Origin: a bacterium
GTDB lineage: Bacteria > UBA10199 > 2-02-FULL-50-16 > JAJFLM01
Length of the DNA stretch: 64,000 nucleotides
Direction of reading: 5' to 3'
NCBI GenBank assembly: GCA_965216315.1
Contig: CBDCFN010000016.1
Coordinates: 1,312,001-1,376,000, forward strand
The translations under genes were made by a program, and so were the position numbers. Of the stretch, positions 37,537 through 47,299 are shown one piece after another. The notes below the pieces were generated by a model. It made no database searches. It saw only the letters and a program-made list of their open reading frames with translations, and was not told where the DNA came from. Every line of letters starts with the position of its first letter. Within the stretch, counting starts at the first letter, position 1.

Positions 37537-38281
37537 ACGCGTTATTGGCGAAGAAAAGAAGCAGCTCAAGCAACTGGCTAAAAAACTGGGGTTTTCTTTT
37601 AAACGACTCAGGCTGCTGCGCCGAGCCCTCACGCATCGTTCCTATGCCAATGAGCAAGGCTTTCCCGCCGAGGCTCACAATGAACGACTCGAGTTTCTGG
37701 GAGATGCCGTCCTTGAATTAGCAATCAGTGAACTTCTCATGACGCGCTACCCGGAATTCACCGAAGGAGAACTGTCTAAATTGAGAGCCGCCATCGTCAA
37801 TGAGAAACAACTCGCCGAAATTGCGCGCGTCTATCACATTGGGGACCATTTATTGTTGGGACGCGGAGAAGAACAAACAAACGGCCGAGAAAAACCCTCA
37901 CTTTTGTCTGATGCTTATGAAGCGGTTTTGGGAGCTGCCTATTTAGACCGGGGCTATAAAAGGTCACGTGCCCTGATCGAAAAACATTATAGCCGACTTT
38001 TTGAAAATCGTACGCCCGAATCTTTTTACCTTGATTTTAAGACCGAGTTGCAAGAACGCGTCCAAAGCATCTTTCGCACGATTCCTCAATACCGGCTTAG
38101 AGGGGAACGTGGACCCGACCATCGCAAGACTTTTGAAGTTCAACTCATGATTCGAGATCAAGCGTACGGAACGGGCGTTGGGCATAGTAAAAAAGAAGCC
38201 GAACAAAAGGCGGCCGAACAGGCCCTCAAAAAACTTGAAGAAGAACAAGCGAGCTCGGACAAATCAACGGCGGCACGCTAA
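37520..38281 (+). CDS. rnc: Ribonuclease III
   Basis: ALTHRS, NERLEFLGDAVL, dsRBD (KTELQE..GPDH..G.G.SKKEAEQ). Confidence 0.96.
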   Translation: MDMWRKRVIGEEKKQLKQLAKKLGFSFKRLRLLRRALTHRSYANEQGFPAEAHNERLEFLGDAVLELAISELLMTRYPEFTEGELSKLRAAIVNEKQLAEIARVYHIGDHLLLGRGEEQTNGREKPSLLSDAYEAVLGAAYLDRGYKRSRALIEKHYSRLFENRTPESFYLDFKTELQERVQSIFRTIPQYRLRGERGPDHRKTFEVQLMIRDQAYGTGVGHSKKEAEQKAAEQALKKLEEEQASSDKSTAAR

Positions 38282-39171
38282 TGGCCTTTAAAACAGGTAT
38301 TATCGCAATACTCGGTAGACCTAATGCCGGCAAATCAACCCTATTGAATGCCTTGATCGGTCAAAAAATTGCTGCCGTTACCGACAAACCACAAACAACC
38401 CGCTTTAACGTAAAAGGCATACGGCATGCGTCTTCGTCACAAATGATCTTTTTAGATACTCCCGGATTCCATAGTGGCGAAAAAACATTTAATCAGTGGA
38501 TGCTCGATCAAACGCGGCACGCCATTCTCGAAGCCGATGTCGCCATTTTGCTGATTGCCGCAGATCGCAAATGGCATGAGTTGGATAAGCAGCTCCTGCA
38601 ATTGATTAATGATTCGAAATGCAAACCCATCCTTGTCCTCAATAAAATTGATCTCGTATCAAAAGGACGGCTCTTGCCATTGATGAGGAAAATCTCGAAT
38701 GACGCTCCGGACACGCTCATCATTCCTATCAGTTCTCTCAGCACTGATGGGATTGATATTCTCCTTAATGCCATGGAGGAGGCCCTTCCTGAAGCGCCGC
38801 CTTTGTATCCCGATGACATCCCAACCGATCAAACGATGCGCCAACTGGCCGCCGAACTGATTCGTGAAAAGCTCTTTCAACTTAGTCGTGAAGAATTGCC
38901 GTATTCCATTGCTGTTTTTATCGAAAGTTATGAAGAACCGCCGCAGGAGGGTGGATTAACCCGCATTGGAGCCGTTGTTCTTGTCGAGAGAAAGAGTCAA
39001 AAAAGCATTGTTATCGGCAAAGGGGGTGAGTTCTTGAAAAAAGTCGGGACAGCCGCTCGCAAGGAACTCGAGTCCATGCTCGGAGGCAAGGTTTTCTTAT
39101 CGTTACATGTCAAGATCTCGAAGGATTGGAGCCAAAACCCCATCAAACTAAAAGAACTGGGCTATGCATAA
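38281..39171 (+). CDS. era: GTPase Era
   Basis: GRPNAGKST, KPQTTR, DTPG, NKID, EELPYS, KH domain. Confidence 0.96.
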   Translation: MAFKTGIIAILGRPNAGKSTLLNALIGQKIAAVTDKPQTTRFNVKGIRHASSSQMIFLDTPGFHSGEKTFNQWMLDQTRHAILEADVAILLIAADRKWHELDKQLLQLINDSKCKPILVLNKIDLVSKGRLLPLMRKISNDAPDTLIIPISSLSTDGIDILLNAMEEALPEAPPLYPDDIPTDQTMRQLAAELIREKLFQLSREELPYSIAVFIESYEEPPQEGGLTRIGAVVLVERKSQKSIVIGKGGEFLKKVGTAARKELESMLGGKVFLSLHVKISKDWSQNPIKLKELGYA

Positions 39172-40069
39172 GCTAATCATCATTATAGGGGTTCGCGTCA
39201 CCCCCTCCACCGGCAAAACCGGACGGAGCCTCCCCCTCTCACTCGCGTTGCTCGCAATTTTAGCATGTTTGGGAACCGTGCACCCCGTTTATGCAGAAGG
39301 GGACATCATTGGGGATATTATTTCCGCCGAAGCCAAGAAAAAGCCTACGTCATCGGCAAAGAAACCTTCCACAAAGAAGGCTAGAAAGAAGGTTATCGTC
39401 ATTGATCCGGGACACGGAGGGAAAGACACGGGTGCCATCGGAGTCCGAAAAGTTCGCGAAAAAGATCTCGTACTGCAACTATCGCGACGGCTGGCTAAGG
39501 AGCTCAAAAAAATAATTGATGCTGAAATTATCTTAACGCGTTCCAATGACAAATTTATCACGCTTGATCAACGCGATGAAATTGCGATTGCTAAAAAAGC
39601 CGACGCCTTTTTATCTATCCATGCGAATTCGGCTAAACGAAAAGAAGCGAATGGTATCGAAATCTATTACCTTAATGACGGCTCGGATGAAGCCGCCAAC
39701 CGCTTAGCCGCACGTGAAAACAAAGGCAGCAAAAAAAGCCTCTCAGACCTCAAAAAAATACTTTCAACTCTGATCCAGACAGACAGTACGGAATTATCGC
39801 AATTACTTGCAAAGGAAGTGAAAAAGTCGATTCACAAACAGATAGCCTCTCGCTACTCTTTAGAACGATTGGACATCAAAACGGCTTTATTCTACGTCCT
39901 GGTGGGCTCACAAGCTCCCAGTATACTCTTGGAAGTTGGTTTCGTGACCAATCCAAAGGAAGCCAAGCGGCTCGGACAAAAGGAATATCAGGAACGTCTC
40001 TCCAAAGCCGTCGCCGCCGGTGTTGCCCGTTATTTTAAAGTGATAGAATCGCAGAAAGTGAACTTATAA
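39164..40069 (+). CDS. N-acetylmuramoyl-L-alanine amidase (Amidase_3, AmiC-like)
   Basis: IDPGHGGKD.GA, EK, SIHAN, LLEVGF. Confidence 0.92.
   Translation: MHKLIIIIGVRVTPSTGKTGRSLPLSLALLAILACLGTVHPVYAEGDIIGDIISAEAKKKPTSSAKKPSTKKARKKVIVIDPGHGGKDTGAIGVRKVREKDLVLQLSRRLAKELKKIIDAEIILTRSNDKFITLDQRDEIAIAKKADAFLSIHANSAKRKEANGIEIYYLNDGSDEAANRLAARENKGSKKSLSDLKKILSTLIQTDSTELSQLLAKEVKKSIHKQIASRYSLERLDIKTALFYVLVGSQAPSILLEVGFVTNPKEAKRLGQKEYQERLSKAVAAGVARYFKVIESQKVNL
39181..39255 (-). repeat. Palindromic repeat family B, inside the amidase N-terminal coding region
   Basis: Reverse complement matches 44680-44753: exact GAGAGGGGGAGGCTCC plus a 26/29 3' block. Confidence 0.88.
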
Positions 40070-42756
40070 TGATGGATTATCCATTCCCTACATTAGATTG
40101 GAGTTTACCGGAAAAAGGCGAGGTCCTAAAGCGGTATGTTCAAGAGAAAAAGAGCACGCTTGATAAGATTATTGAAAACAAGGAGCCTGCACGCTTTGCG
40201 ATCGAATGGCGGACAAATGCCATTGATAAGCTTTTGATCGGTCTTTTTGAACAAACGAGCCGCACTTTGGAAGCCGATCAGAATCATTATGCCATGATAG
40301 CCCAAGGCGGTTATGGCCGGCGGGAACTCAGCTACCATTCCGATATAGACTTATTGTTCTTACATAACAGTCAACATCCTAAGAAGCTTAAAGCGCAACT
40401 CAATCAAATCCTTTATCCGTTATGGGATAGTGGACTCGATCTCGGCTTTGCCGTACGGACGGAAAAAGAGTGTCTCAAACTAATGAAGGATGATCTTACG
40501 ATCCTGACTTCGTTGATCGACGCGCGCTATATCGTCGGTAATGAAACTATTTTTAATAGTTTTGAAAAGAAATTTCGGAAGCATTTGGATAATTCACGTT
40601 TTCGCATCAGCTTCATGCAAAAGAAAGAAAAGGAACAAACAGATCGTTTGCATCGTTTTGGAGGGTCGGTTTTCTTACAAGAGCCTAACACTAAAGAGGG
40701 GAAAGGGGGATTAAGAGAATATCACCATATCCACTGGGTCACCAAAACTGTTTTCAATACAAATGACCTTTCCGCCCTTGTCCGTGCCGGTTGGATCAAG
40801 TCCAAGGAGCTCAGAAACTTGCAGGAGGCCATTACATTCATCTTGGCGGTACGAAACATGCTCCACAAACTCTCCGGACGCAAAACAGATCAAATCCTAT
40901 ATGAGCATAAAGCCGCAATAGCAGAATGGTTGGGCTTTAAGGATACTGAAACCATACTCGCCGTCGAAGATTTTATGAGAGCCTATTATCGGCATGCCAG
41001 TGAATGTTTTCGCATCAGTGAACAAGTTAATCGCAAACTTCTTCAATCTAAAGGTGGGTTTAGACTTAAGCGACTCAAACGGATGAAAAAGCAAAAATTT
41101 GATGAATATTTTAATATTGAAAATAAGTTCCTTACTTTAGGTGATCCTGACGCCTTCAAACTAAAACCATCAAACCTCATTTATATCTTTCGGATCATGC
41201 AACAAACGGGAATCACCCCCGGTCGAAGCGTTAAAGAAGCCGTCCGTGACAGCCTGAAACTAATCAATGATGATTTTCGCGCTAATCCCACCCACGCGAA
41301 AATATTCCGCGAGATGCTGGCCGAACCGGAAACCATCGCCCCGCCCATGCTTGCCATGCATGAGCTCGGCGTACTCGACCGTTTTCTGCCGGAGTTCAAG
41401 AACCTCATGTATCGTGCGCAACATGATGTCTATCACGTTTATACCGTCGATATTCATTCTATTCTGGCCGTAGGTGTCTTTGGGCGCCTGGTCGCTGGCA
41501 TCTATCAGGATAAATATCCAACGGCGACAGAAGTAGCCAAGGCCATCGTCAAAAAGGACCTCCTGTCTTTTGCTATCCTTTATCATGACATTGGGAAGGG
41601 GGAAGGGTCCGGACATGTAGAGAAGGGGGCACCACTTGTCCGCCGAGCGGCCGAACGACTGGGATTCACTCCTGATGAGATTGATACGAGTGAGTTTCTG
41701 GAATTGTCTCATTTAATGATGACACACTTGGCGTTTCGACGTGATTTAGATGACCCCAATCTCATTCTCCAGTTTGCTAAATCGATGGCGACAGAAAGCA
41801 ATCTTAATAAACTCTATGTGCTTACCTTTAGTGATGTAAAAGCAGTCAGCCAAGAGGCCCTTACTAAATGGAAGGAAAGCCTGCTCGAATATTTATATCT
41901 AAAGGCACGTTCCGTTCTCAAAAAAGGGGATTTTTCCAAAGAGAAAATTGAAGAAATTAAGAGCTCACTGCTGGAAAATACAAAAATTTTAGCTAATTCC
42001 GAGTTCAGTGATGACGAAATCAACCACTTTTTCAGTATTATGCCGCCGCGTTATTTCCTAACGGCGACAGCCGTTTCAATACTTGACCATCTAGACATGT
42101 TACGCCGTTTCAATGGGCTTCCCGTCGTCTTTAACCGTCGCATACTTGAGAAAGAGGGATCAAGTGAATGGACCTTATTGACACTCGATACTCCTGGCCT
42201 TTTTTCCAAAATCTGTGGTGTTGTCGCCGCCAATAGTCTCAATATTACTGAAGCCTATTTAAATACGACTAATGACGGTAAAGACCTTTTTATTTTCAAG
42301 CTTCAAACCGCACAAGGACAATCGATTGCGGAAGAAAGCAAGTGGAATAAATTGGAGGCGGACGTCCTTAATGTGGTTCAGGGTGAAATTCCCCTACAGG
42401 AACTGCTCGGCAACCGCTTGCGCCCATCGCTCATCAAGCCAAAGACAGCGCGACAACTCCCAACCAAGGTTGTTATCGATAATGATTTATCGCCGTTTTA
42501 CACAATCATTGATGTCTATGCGCACGATCGCGTCGGGCTCCTTTATCATATAACTTCGGCACTTGCAGAGCTGGGGCTTTATGTTGATATGTCAAAAATC
42601 GCTACTAAGGTCGATCAAGTCACGGATACATTTTATGTACGCGACATTTTTGGCCAGAAATTGCGCGCCGAAGACCGGATTAAAAGAGTTCGCAAAACGC
42701 TATTAAGCGTCATCGATGGAGTTCAAGAAGAAAGTCAGGAGGTCGCTCGAGCATGA
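40069..42756 (+). CDS. glnD: PII uridylyltransferase/uridylyl-removing enzyme
   Basis: GGYGRRELSYHSDIDLL, EPNTKEGKGGLR, YHVYTVD.H, HDIGKG, two ACT domains. Confidence 0.95.
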   Translation: MMDYPFPTLDWSLPEKGEVLKRYVQEKKSTLDKIIENKEPARFAIEWRTNAIDKLLIGLFEQTSRTLEADQNHYAMIAQGGYGRRELSYHSDIDLLFLHNSQHPKKLKAQLNQILYPLWDSGLDLGFAVRTEKECLKLMKDDLTILTSLIDARYIVGNETIFNSFEKKFRKHLDNSRFRISFMQKKEKEQTDRLHRFGGSVFLQEPNTKEGKGGLREYHHIHWVTKTVFNTNDLSALVRAGWIKSKELRNLQEAITFILAVRNMLHKLSGRKTDQILYEHKAAIAEWLGFKDTETILAVEDFMRAYYRHASECFRISEQVNRKLLQSKGGFRLKRLKRMKKQKFDEYFNIENKFLTLGDPDAFKLKPSNLIYIFRIMQQTGITPGRSVKEAVRDSLKLINDDFRANPTHAKIFREMLAEPETIAPPMLAMHELGVLDRFLPEFKNLMYRAQHDVYHVYTVDIHSILAVGVFGRLVAGIYQDKYPTATEVAKAIVKKDLLSFAILYHDIGKGEGSGHVEKGAPLVRRAAERLGFTPDEIDTSEFLELSHLMMTHLAFRRDLDDPNLILQFAKSMATESNLNKLYVLTFSDVKAVSQEALTKWKESLLEYLYLKARSVLKKGDFSKEKIEEIKSSLLENTKILANSEFSDDEINHFFSIMPPRYFLTATAVSILDHLDMLRRFNGLPVVFNRRILEKEGSSEWTLLTLDTPGLFSKICGVVAANSLNITEAYLNTTNDGKDLFIFKLQTAQGQSIAEESKWNKLEADVLNVVQGEIPLQELLGNRLRPSLIKPKTARQLPTKVVIDNDLSPFYTIIDVYAHDRVGLLYHITSALAELGLYVDMSKIATKVDQVTDTFYVRDIFGQKLRAEDRIKRVRKTLLSVIDGVQEESQEVARA

Positions 42757-43025
42757 CCGGCATGATCATATTAATCATTCTGCTCATGGCCGTCCTGATC
42801 GGTCTCGTTATCAAACTGCGTCAACAAAGCCGAAAATATGAGGAAAAAAGTGTCAAAGAGACGATGTCTCCGATCATGCACTCGATTATTCGGCGGGAGC
42901 GAACCGTCAATTTACAGCGAAAGCAGCGTTTTGAGAAGTCCTTGGCCGCAGCCACCGACCCGCAAGGTGAAGCTCGGGAAAGGCCGGATAAGACCTCTCC
43001 AGGGGAAAATTCCCACTCTTCTTGA
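42753..43025 (+). CDS. Small membrane protein, hypothetical
   Basis: ATGA overlap with the glnD stop; N-terminal TM helix. Confidence 0.55.
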   Translation: MTGMIILIILLMAVLIGLVIKLRQQSRKYEEKSVKETMSPIMHSIIRRERTVNLQRKQRFEKSLAAATDPQGEARERPDKTSPGENSHSS

Positions 43026-43165
43026 GTGAACCTGCCCTCAACCCATTACGATGCCATGCGTCAAAAGTGTTGATTTCATTAAGTATTCTTGAATACCCCT
43101 CGCGCCAATGTTAGGATGCGGCTGTCGAGACTGGAGAAGGGCTGGAGCGATCCGCGGAGCGAAAC

Positions 43166-43486
43166 ATGGCACGAAAAATAAAGATCTGCAGCGCTGAGGG
43201 CTGTAATAACGCCCAAACCACTAAAGAATATTGCCGCTTGCATTACTTGCAGAATTGGAAAACGATTAAAGCGGAAGAAAAACGTAAAGCAAGCAAGCGA
43301 CTCAATCGCTACGTTGAAGGCATCATGAAGCGCAACCCCGACTCAGCAAGGTCACGTGCTGAAGGCGGTGACGTAGAATACAGTTTAAGTGCCTCCGACG
43401 AAGTAGAGGGCCTGGTTGAGGACCTTGGTTATTCGGATCCAGACAGTCTCGATGAAATCATTTCCAACCTCAAAGAAGATAAGTAA
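43166..43486 (+). CDS. Hypothetical protein with C-x4-C..C-x2-H N-terminal motif
   Basis: ICSAEGCNNAQTTKEYCRLHYLQNW; GGAG RBS. Confidence 0.7.
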   Translation: MARKIKICSAEGCNNAQTTKEYCRLHYLQNWKTIKAEEKRKASKRLNRYVEGIMKRNPDSARSRAEGGDVEYSLSASDEVEGLVEDLGYSDPDSLDEIISNLKEDK

Positions 43487-44879
43487 AAAAAAGGTCTATT
43501 TTAAGACATTCGGCTGTCAAATGAATGAGGCCGACTCCGACCGCATGCTCGGCCTCTTGGCAAATGATGATTACATTGCCACCCAGGATCCGGATGACGC
43601 CGACCTCATTATCGTCAATACCTGTAGTGTCCGCGATAAGGCCTACCACAAAGCCATCAGCGCGATTGGCAAACATAATAAAAATGGCCAAAAGATTAAA
43701 ATCGGCGTAACCGGCTGTGTCGCATCCCAAGAGGGAAAAGTACTTGCCGAGCGCTTTGATAGCGTCGATTTCGTGCTGGGAACCGACCATATTGATAAAA
43801 TTCGGGAGGCAGTTCAATATACGCGGCTTCAGGATGGTGCCTATATCGCGACTAAATTCCATGAAATTGAGGACTACCATTTTCCTGAGATCGCTATTGC
43901 CCCTTCAACGAGAATGGTGAAGGCCTATGTCACTATTATGAAGGGCTGCGATAATGTCTGTGCCTTTTGCATCGTTCCTTCGACACGTGGCCCTGAAATA
44001 TCCAGAAGGGCTGAAGACATCTTACAAGAGATACAAGCACTCGAACGACGAGGAGCCCGTGAAATCACGCTATTGGGGCAAAACGTCAATTCTTACGGAA
44101 AACAAAATTCTACCGATGCGGACTTCGCGTCCCTGCTCAGAAAAGTAGAAGAGAACACCCGCATTGAAAGGCTCCGTTTTACCTCACCTCATCCCAAGGA
44201 CCTTTCGCCGCGACTGATTGAAGAATATCGCCGCAGTAAAATTTTGTGTCGACATATCCACCTGCCGGCCCAGTCAGGATCTTCGCGTGTCTTAAAACGG
44301 ATGCGTCGGGCACATACTCGTGACACTTACTTGAAACGCATACACGACCTGCGCAACGCCTGTCCTGACGTGGCCATCACGACCGATTTAATCGTCGGGT
44401 TTCCAGGAGAAAGTGACGCCGACTTTCAGGATACTCTCTCGCTCATGCGGGAAGTCGAATATGATGCGTCTTATTCATTTGCCTATTCCGAACGACCGGG
44501 CACGGAAGCGGCTGGATTTGAGGATGATGTCCCCGCTAAAGTAAAATCGGAGCGCCTCCAAGCCCTCCAGGCCCTGCAACACGACCTCAGTGCACAAAAA
44601 AACAGCTATTTCATTGGGAAAATAGTCCCTATCTTGGTGGAAGGGATTGATAAAAAGCATCACAAAAACTATGTACATAGCGAACGCAGTAAGCGAGAGG
44701 GGGAGGCTCCAGGAGCTGTGCTTCTGGAGGGGGCGACGCGAGCCCCTATGATGGGACGTACAAGTTGCAATCGCGTCGTCAATTTTGATGGCAGTGACGA
44801 TGATATCGGTGATATCATTAATATAAGGATAGCGAGCGCAACAGCGTATTCACTGCATGGAGACAAGGTAGATGGGTAG
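43452..44879 (+). CDS. miaB: tRNA-2-methylthio-N6-dimethylallyladenosine synthase
   Basis: TFGCQMNEADS, NTCSVR, GCDNVCAFC.VP.TRG, SPHP, C-terminal TRAM domain. Confidence 0.95.
   Translation: MKSFPTSKKISKKKVYFKTFGCQMNEADSDRMLGLLANDDYIATQDPDDADLIIVNTCSVRDKAYHKAISAIGKHNKNGQKIKIGVTGCVASQEGKVLAERFDSVDFVLGTDHIDKIREAVQYTRLQDGAYIATKFHEIEDYHFPEIAIAPSTRMVKAYVTIMKGCDNVCAFCIVPSTRGPEISRRAEDILQEIQALERRGAREITLLGQNVNSYGKQNSTDADFASLLRKVEENTRIERLRFTSPHPKDLSPRLIEEYRRSKILCRHIHLPAQSGSSRVLKRMRRAHTRDTYLKRIHDLRNACPDVAITTDLIVGFPGESDADFQDTLSLMREVEYDASYSFAYSERPGTEAAGFEDDVPAKVKSERLQALQALQHDLSAQKNSYFIGKIVPILVEGIDKKHHKNYVHSERSKREGEAPGAVLLEGATRAPMMGRTSCNRVVNFDGSDDDIGDIINIRIASATAYSLHGDKVDG
44680..44753 (+). repeat. Palindromic repeat family B, in-frame inside the miaB TRAM domain
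   Basis: Matches the reverse complement of 39181-39255; encodes ERSKREGEAPGAVLLEGATRAPMM. Confidence 0.88.
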
Positions 44880-45402
44880 TTCTAAAAGTCGTGATGCTGA
44901 CTTTATCAAGGTGACCGTGACCGGTCTTACCATTGACCCATTTACTAATATGCCGATTATCATTCTAAAAGATGAAGACGAAAAAAATGCTCTCCCCATC
45001 TGGATCGGGCTCATAGAAGCTTCGGCCATCGCCACTGAACTTGAAAAGGTTGAACTGTCACGACCCATGACCCATGACCTCCTTAAAAATATTTTAGGTG
45101 AACTTGCCATTTCGGTAGAACGCGTTGAAGTCGTCGATCTACAAGACAATACTTTCTTTGCAAATATTCACTTAAAAAAAGCCGGCGAGGACATGATTGT
45201 CGATGCCCGTCCCAGTGACGCCGTTGCGTTGGCCTTGCGTACCAACGCTCCCATTTATGTCTCGCGTTCCGTAATGGAAAAATCACGAAAAATTGATCTC
45301 TCAGCTGAAGGGATTGATGCAGAAGAATCCGTTAAAAAAGAAAAATGGACGGAAATTCTTGAAGGCCTCTCGCCCGACGACTTCGGCAAATACAAGATGT
45401 AA
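44872..45402 (+). CDS. Bifunctional nuclease family (DUF151)
   Basis: LPIWIG..EA, RPMTHDL, DARPSDAVALA. Confidence 0.92.
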   Translation: MGSSKSRDADFIKVTVTGLTIDPFTNMPIIILKDEDEKNALPIWIGLIEASAIATELEKVELSRPMTHDLLKNILGELAISVERVEVVDLQDNTFFANIHLKKAGEDMIVDARPSDAVALALRTNAPIYVSRSVMEKSRKIDLSAEGIDAEESVKKEKWTEILEGLSPDDFGKYKM

Positions 45403-45405
45403 GCC

Positions 45406-45816
45406 GTGTTAAAATCGACCTTCCGTCTCTTTATCCGCTATTGGATTCCATTGCTTGTCTATGCAATTCTCATCCTCTTTATCTCTTCGCGACCTTCACT
45501 AGGTCTTCCGCGCATCGACATTCCCGATAAGCTCATTCATTTTTGTGAGTATCTTCTCCTCGGCATGCTGGTATTCCGGCTGCTGACTCGCGATTATCAT
45601 TTAAGCGGTGCCAGGCTATGGGTGACCCATGTCGGCGGCATCATGTTGTTTGCGCTGGGCGATGAGTTCCTGCAGAGCTTCATTCCTGGTCGCGATTCCG
45701 ATGTATGGGACTGGGTCGCCGATGTGGGCGGCGGTAGTTTAGGGGCATTCTGCTATTGTATCATTCGATTGGCTTGGGATAGGATCAAAGGAAGGGCCAA
45801 CCATGACGATGTTTAA
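45406..45816 (+). CDS. VanZ family membrane protein
   Basis: DKLIHFCEY, DEFLQSFIPGR..D..D..AD. Confidence 0.88.
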   Translation: MLKSTFRLFIRYWIPLLVYAILILFISSRPSLGLPRIDIPDKLIHFCEYLLLGMLVFRLLTRDYHLSGARLWVTHVGGIMLFALGDEFLQSFIPGRDSDVWDWVADVGGGSLGAFCYCIIRLAWDRIKGRANHDDV

Positions 45817-46330
45817 ATTTGCACAAAAGACGCCTCAGGTCGATCCTACCGCGTTTATCGCGGCAGGAGCCTGCGTCATCGGAGATGTTATTATCGGAGC
45901 TGAAAGTTCTCTCTGGTATAACTCGATCTTGAGAGGGGATGTATTTCCCGTGCGTGTGGGCAAGAGAACCAACATCCAAGATCTTTCCGTGGGGCATGTC
46001 ACCAGTGGGACACATGCGCTTCACATTGGCGATGAAGTCACGATTGGTCATCGTGTCATCATCCACGGATGTACGCTTAACGATCGCTGTCTCATCGGCA
46101 TGGGAGCCGTCATCATGGATGGTGCTGAAGTAGGGGAGGAATCAATTATCGGCGCGGGAGCCGTCGTGACCCCGAACACAAAAATTCCACCGCGCAGTAT
46201 GGCGCTCGGCACTCCCGCACGGGTGACACGTGAACTCACCCCCGAAGAAATTGCCTTTTTATCTATCTCGGCGGAAAATTATGTCCAACTGGCCTTACGT
46301 CATCAAACAAATCTCTCAGTTTTCAGCTGA
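45803..46330 (+). CDS. Gamma carbonic anhydrase family protein
   Basis: LRGD, TNIQD..V.H, IGH..IHGC, hexapeptide repeats. Confidence 0.92.
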   Translation: MTMFKFAQKTPQVDPTAFIAAGACVIGDVIIGAESSLWYNSILRGDVFPVRVGKRTNIQDLSVGHVTSGTHALHIGDEVTIGHRVIIHGCTLNDRCLIGMGAVIMDGAEVGEESIIGAGAVVTPNTKIPPRSMALGTPARVTRELTPEEIAFLSISAENYVQLALRHQTNLSVFS

Positions 46331-47294
46331 GCATCGCCTCTTATCGGCTGGCGATCGTATCCTCATCGGCATCTCGGGCGGCCCCGACTCCGTCTTGCTC
46401 AGCCATATTTTATTGGAACTCGCTAAACCCTTAGAATTTGAATGTCACCTCGCTCACGTCAACTACGGCCAACGGGGTGCCGAGTCCGACGGTGATCAGA
46501 ACTTTGTTGTCCGCTTGGCTGAATCCAAAGCATGCCCTTTATCTACATTAGAACTCAATGAAGGCGTCCAAGGGAATTTCCAAGATTGGGCGCGGCAAAA
46601 ACGCTACCAATATTTTGCGACTCTCTGCCAAGAATATAAATGCAATAAAGTCGCCGTCGCTCATCACCTCAGTGATCAGGTGGAAACGTTCCTCTTACGC
46701 TTATTGCGAGGAAGCGGGGCCACCGGACTTGCAGCGATGCGCCCTAAAAGCGCAAACCAAGGCCTGACGATTATTCGGCCACTCCTCTGTCTGACCCGAG
46801 GAGAGATCGTGGAGCTCCTCGACACCGAAGAGATCGGCTATCGCCATGACCGCAGCAATGATAATGATACCTATCAACGGAATCGGCTGCGCCAGCGAAT
46901 TCTACCGCTCTTGGCATCTATGCAGCCCAGCTATGAGCGAAATTTGGGGCAAAGTCTCTTACTCATGCAAGGAGAAGATCAATTACTCAATGAATTAGCC
47001 GCAGCCCAACTTCAGGAACTGAGGAGTCAAAACGGATCAAACGACTCCTTCACGCTGGCTATGGCCCGCAAGGGCTTACAATCACTACCTAAAAGTCTCC
47101 GGCTTCGGGTATGGCGGGTCGCTATTGGGGAATTGACAGGGGGCCCTCAAAGCATTACCTTTCATCATGTAAGCAAAATGGAGCAATTGCTATGCTCCGG
47201 CCCTGTGGAAGCCACTTACGATCTCCCCGGAGACATCCGCTACGAACAGGGTCCTATTATTGTTACAATAAGAAAGAAACAGACCAAGAGCTAA
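46281..47294 (+). CDS. tilS: tRNA(Ile)-lysidine synthetase
   Basis: SGGPDS, AHH..DQVET, RPLL, D.SN....YQRNRLR; upstream of ftsH. Confidence 0.93.
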   Translation: MSNWPYVIKQISQFSAEHRLLSAGDRILIGISGGPDSVLLSHILLELAKPLEFECHLAHVNYGQRGAESDGDQNFVVRLAESKACPLSTLELNEGVQGNFQDWARQKRYQYFATLCQEYKCNKVAVAHHLSDQVETFLLRLLRGSGATGLAAMRPKSANQGLTIIRPLLCLTRGEIVELLDTEEIGYRHDRSNDNDTYQRNRLRQRILPLLASMQPSYERNLGQSLLLMQGEDQLLNELAAAQLQELRSQNGSNDSFTLAMARKGLQSLPKSLRLRVWRVAIGELTGGPQSITFHHVSKMEQLLCSGPVEATYDLPGDIRYEQGPIIVTIRKKQTKS

Positions 47295-47299
47295 TTTCT

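Noticed and set aside
47111..47299. Long N-terminal extensions in the ORF track for ftsH, liuD (30008), tsaE (53593), tatT (18257), lysC (54174) and tilS (46230)
   Set aside because: They overlap upstream genes; downstream starts match the family N-termini.
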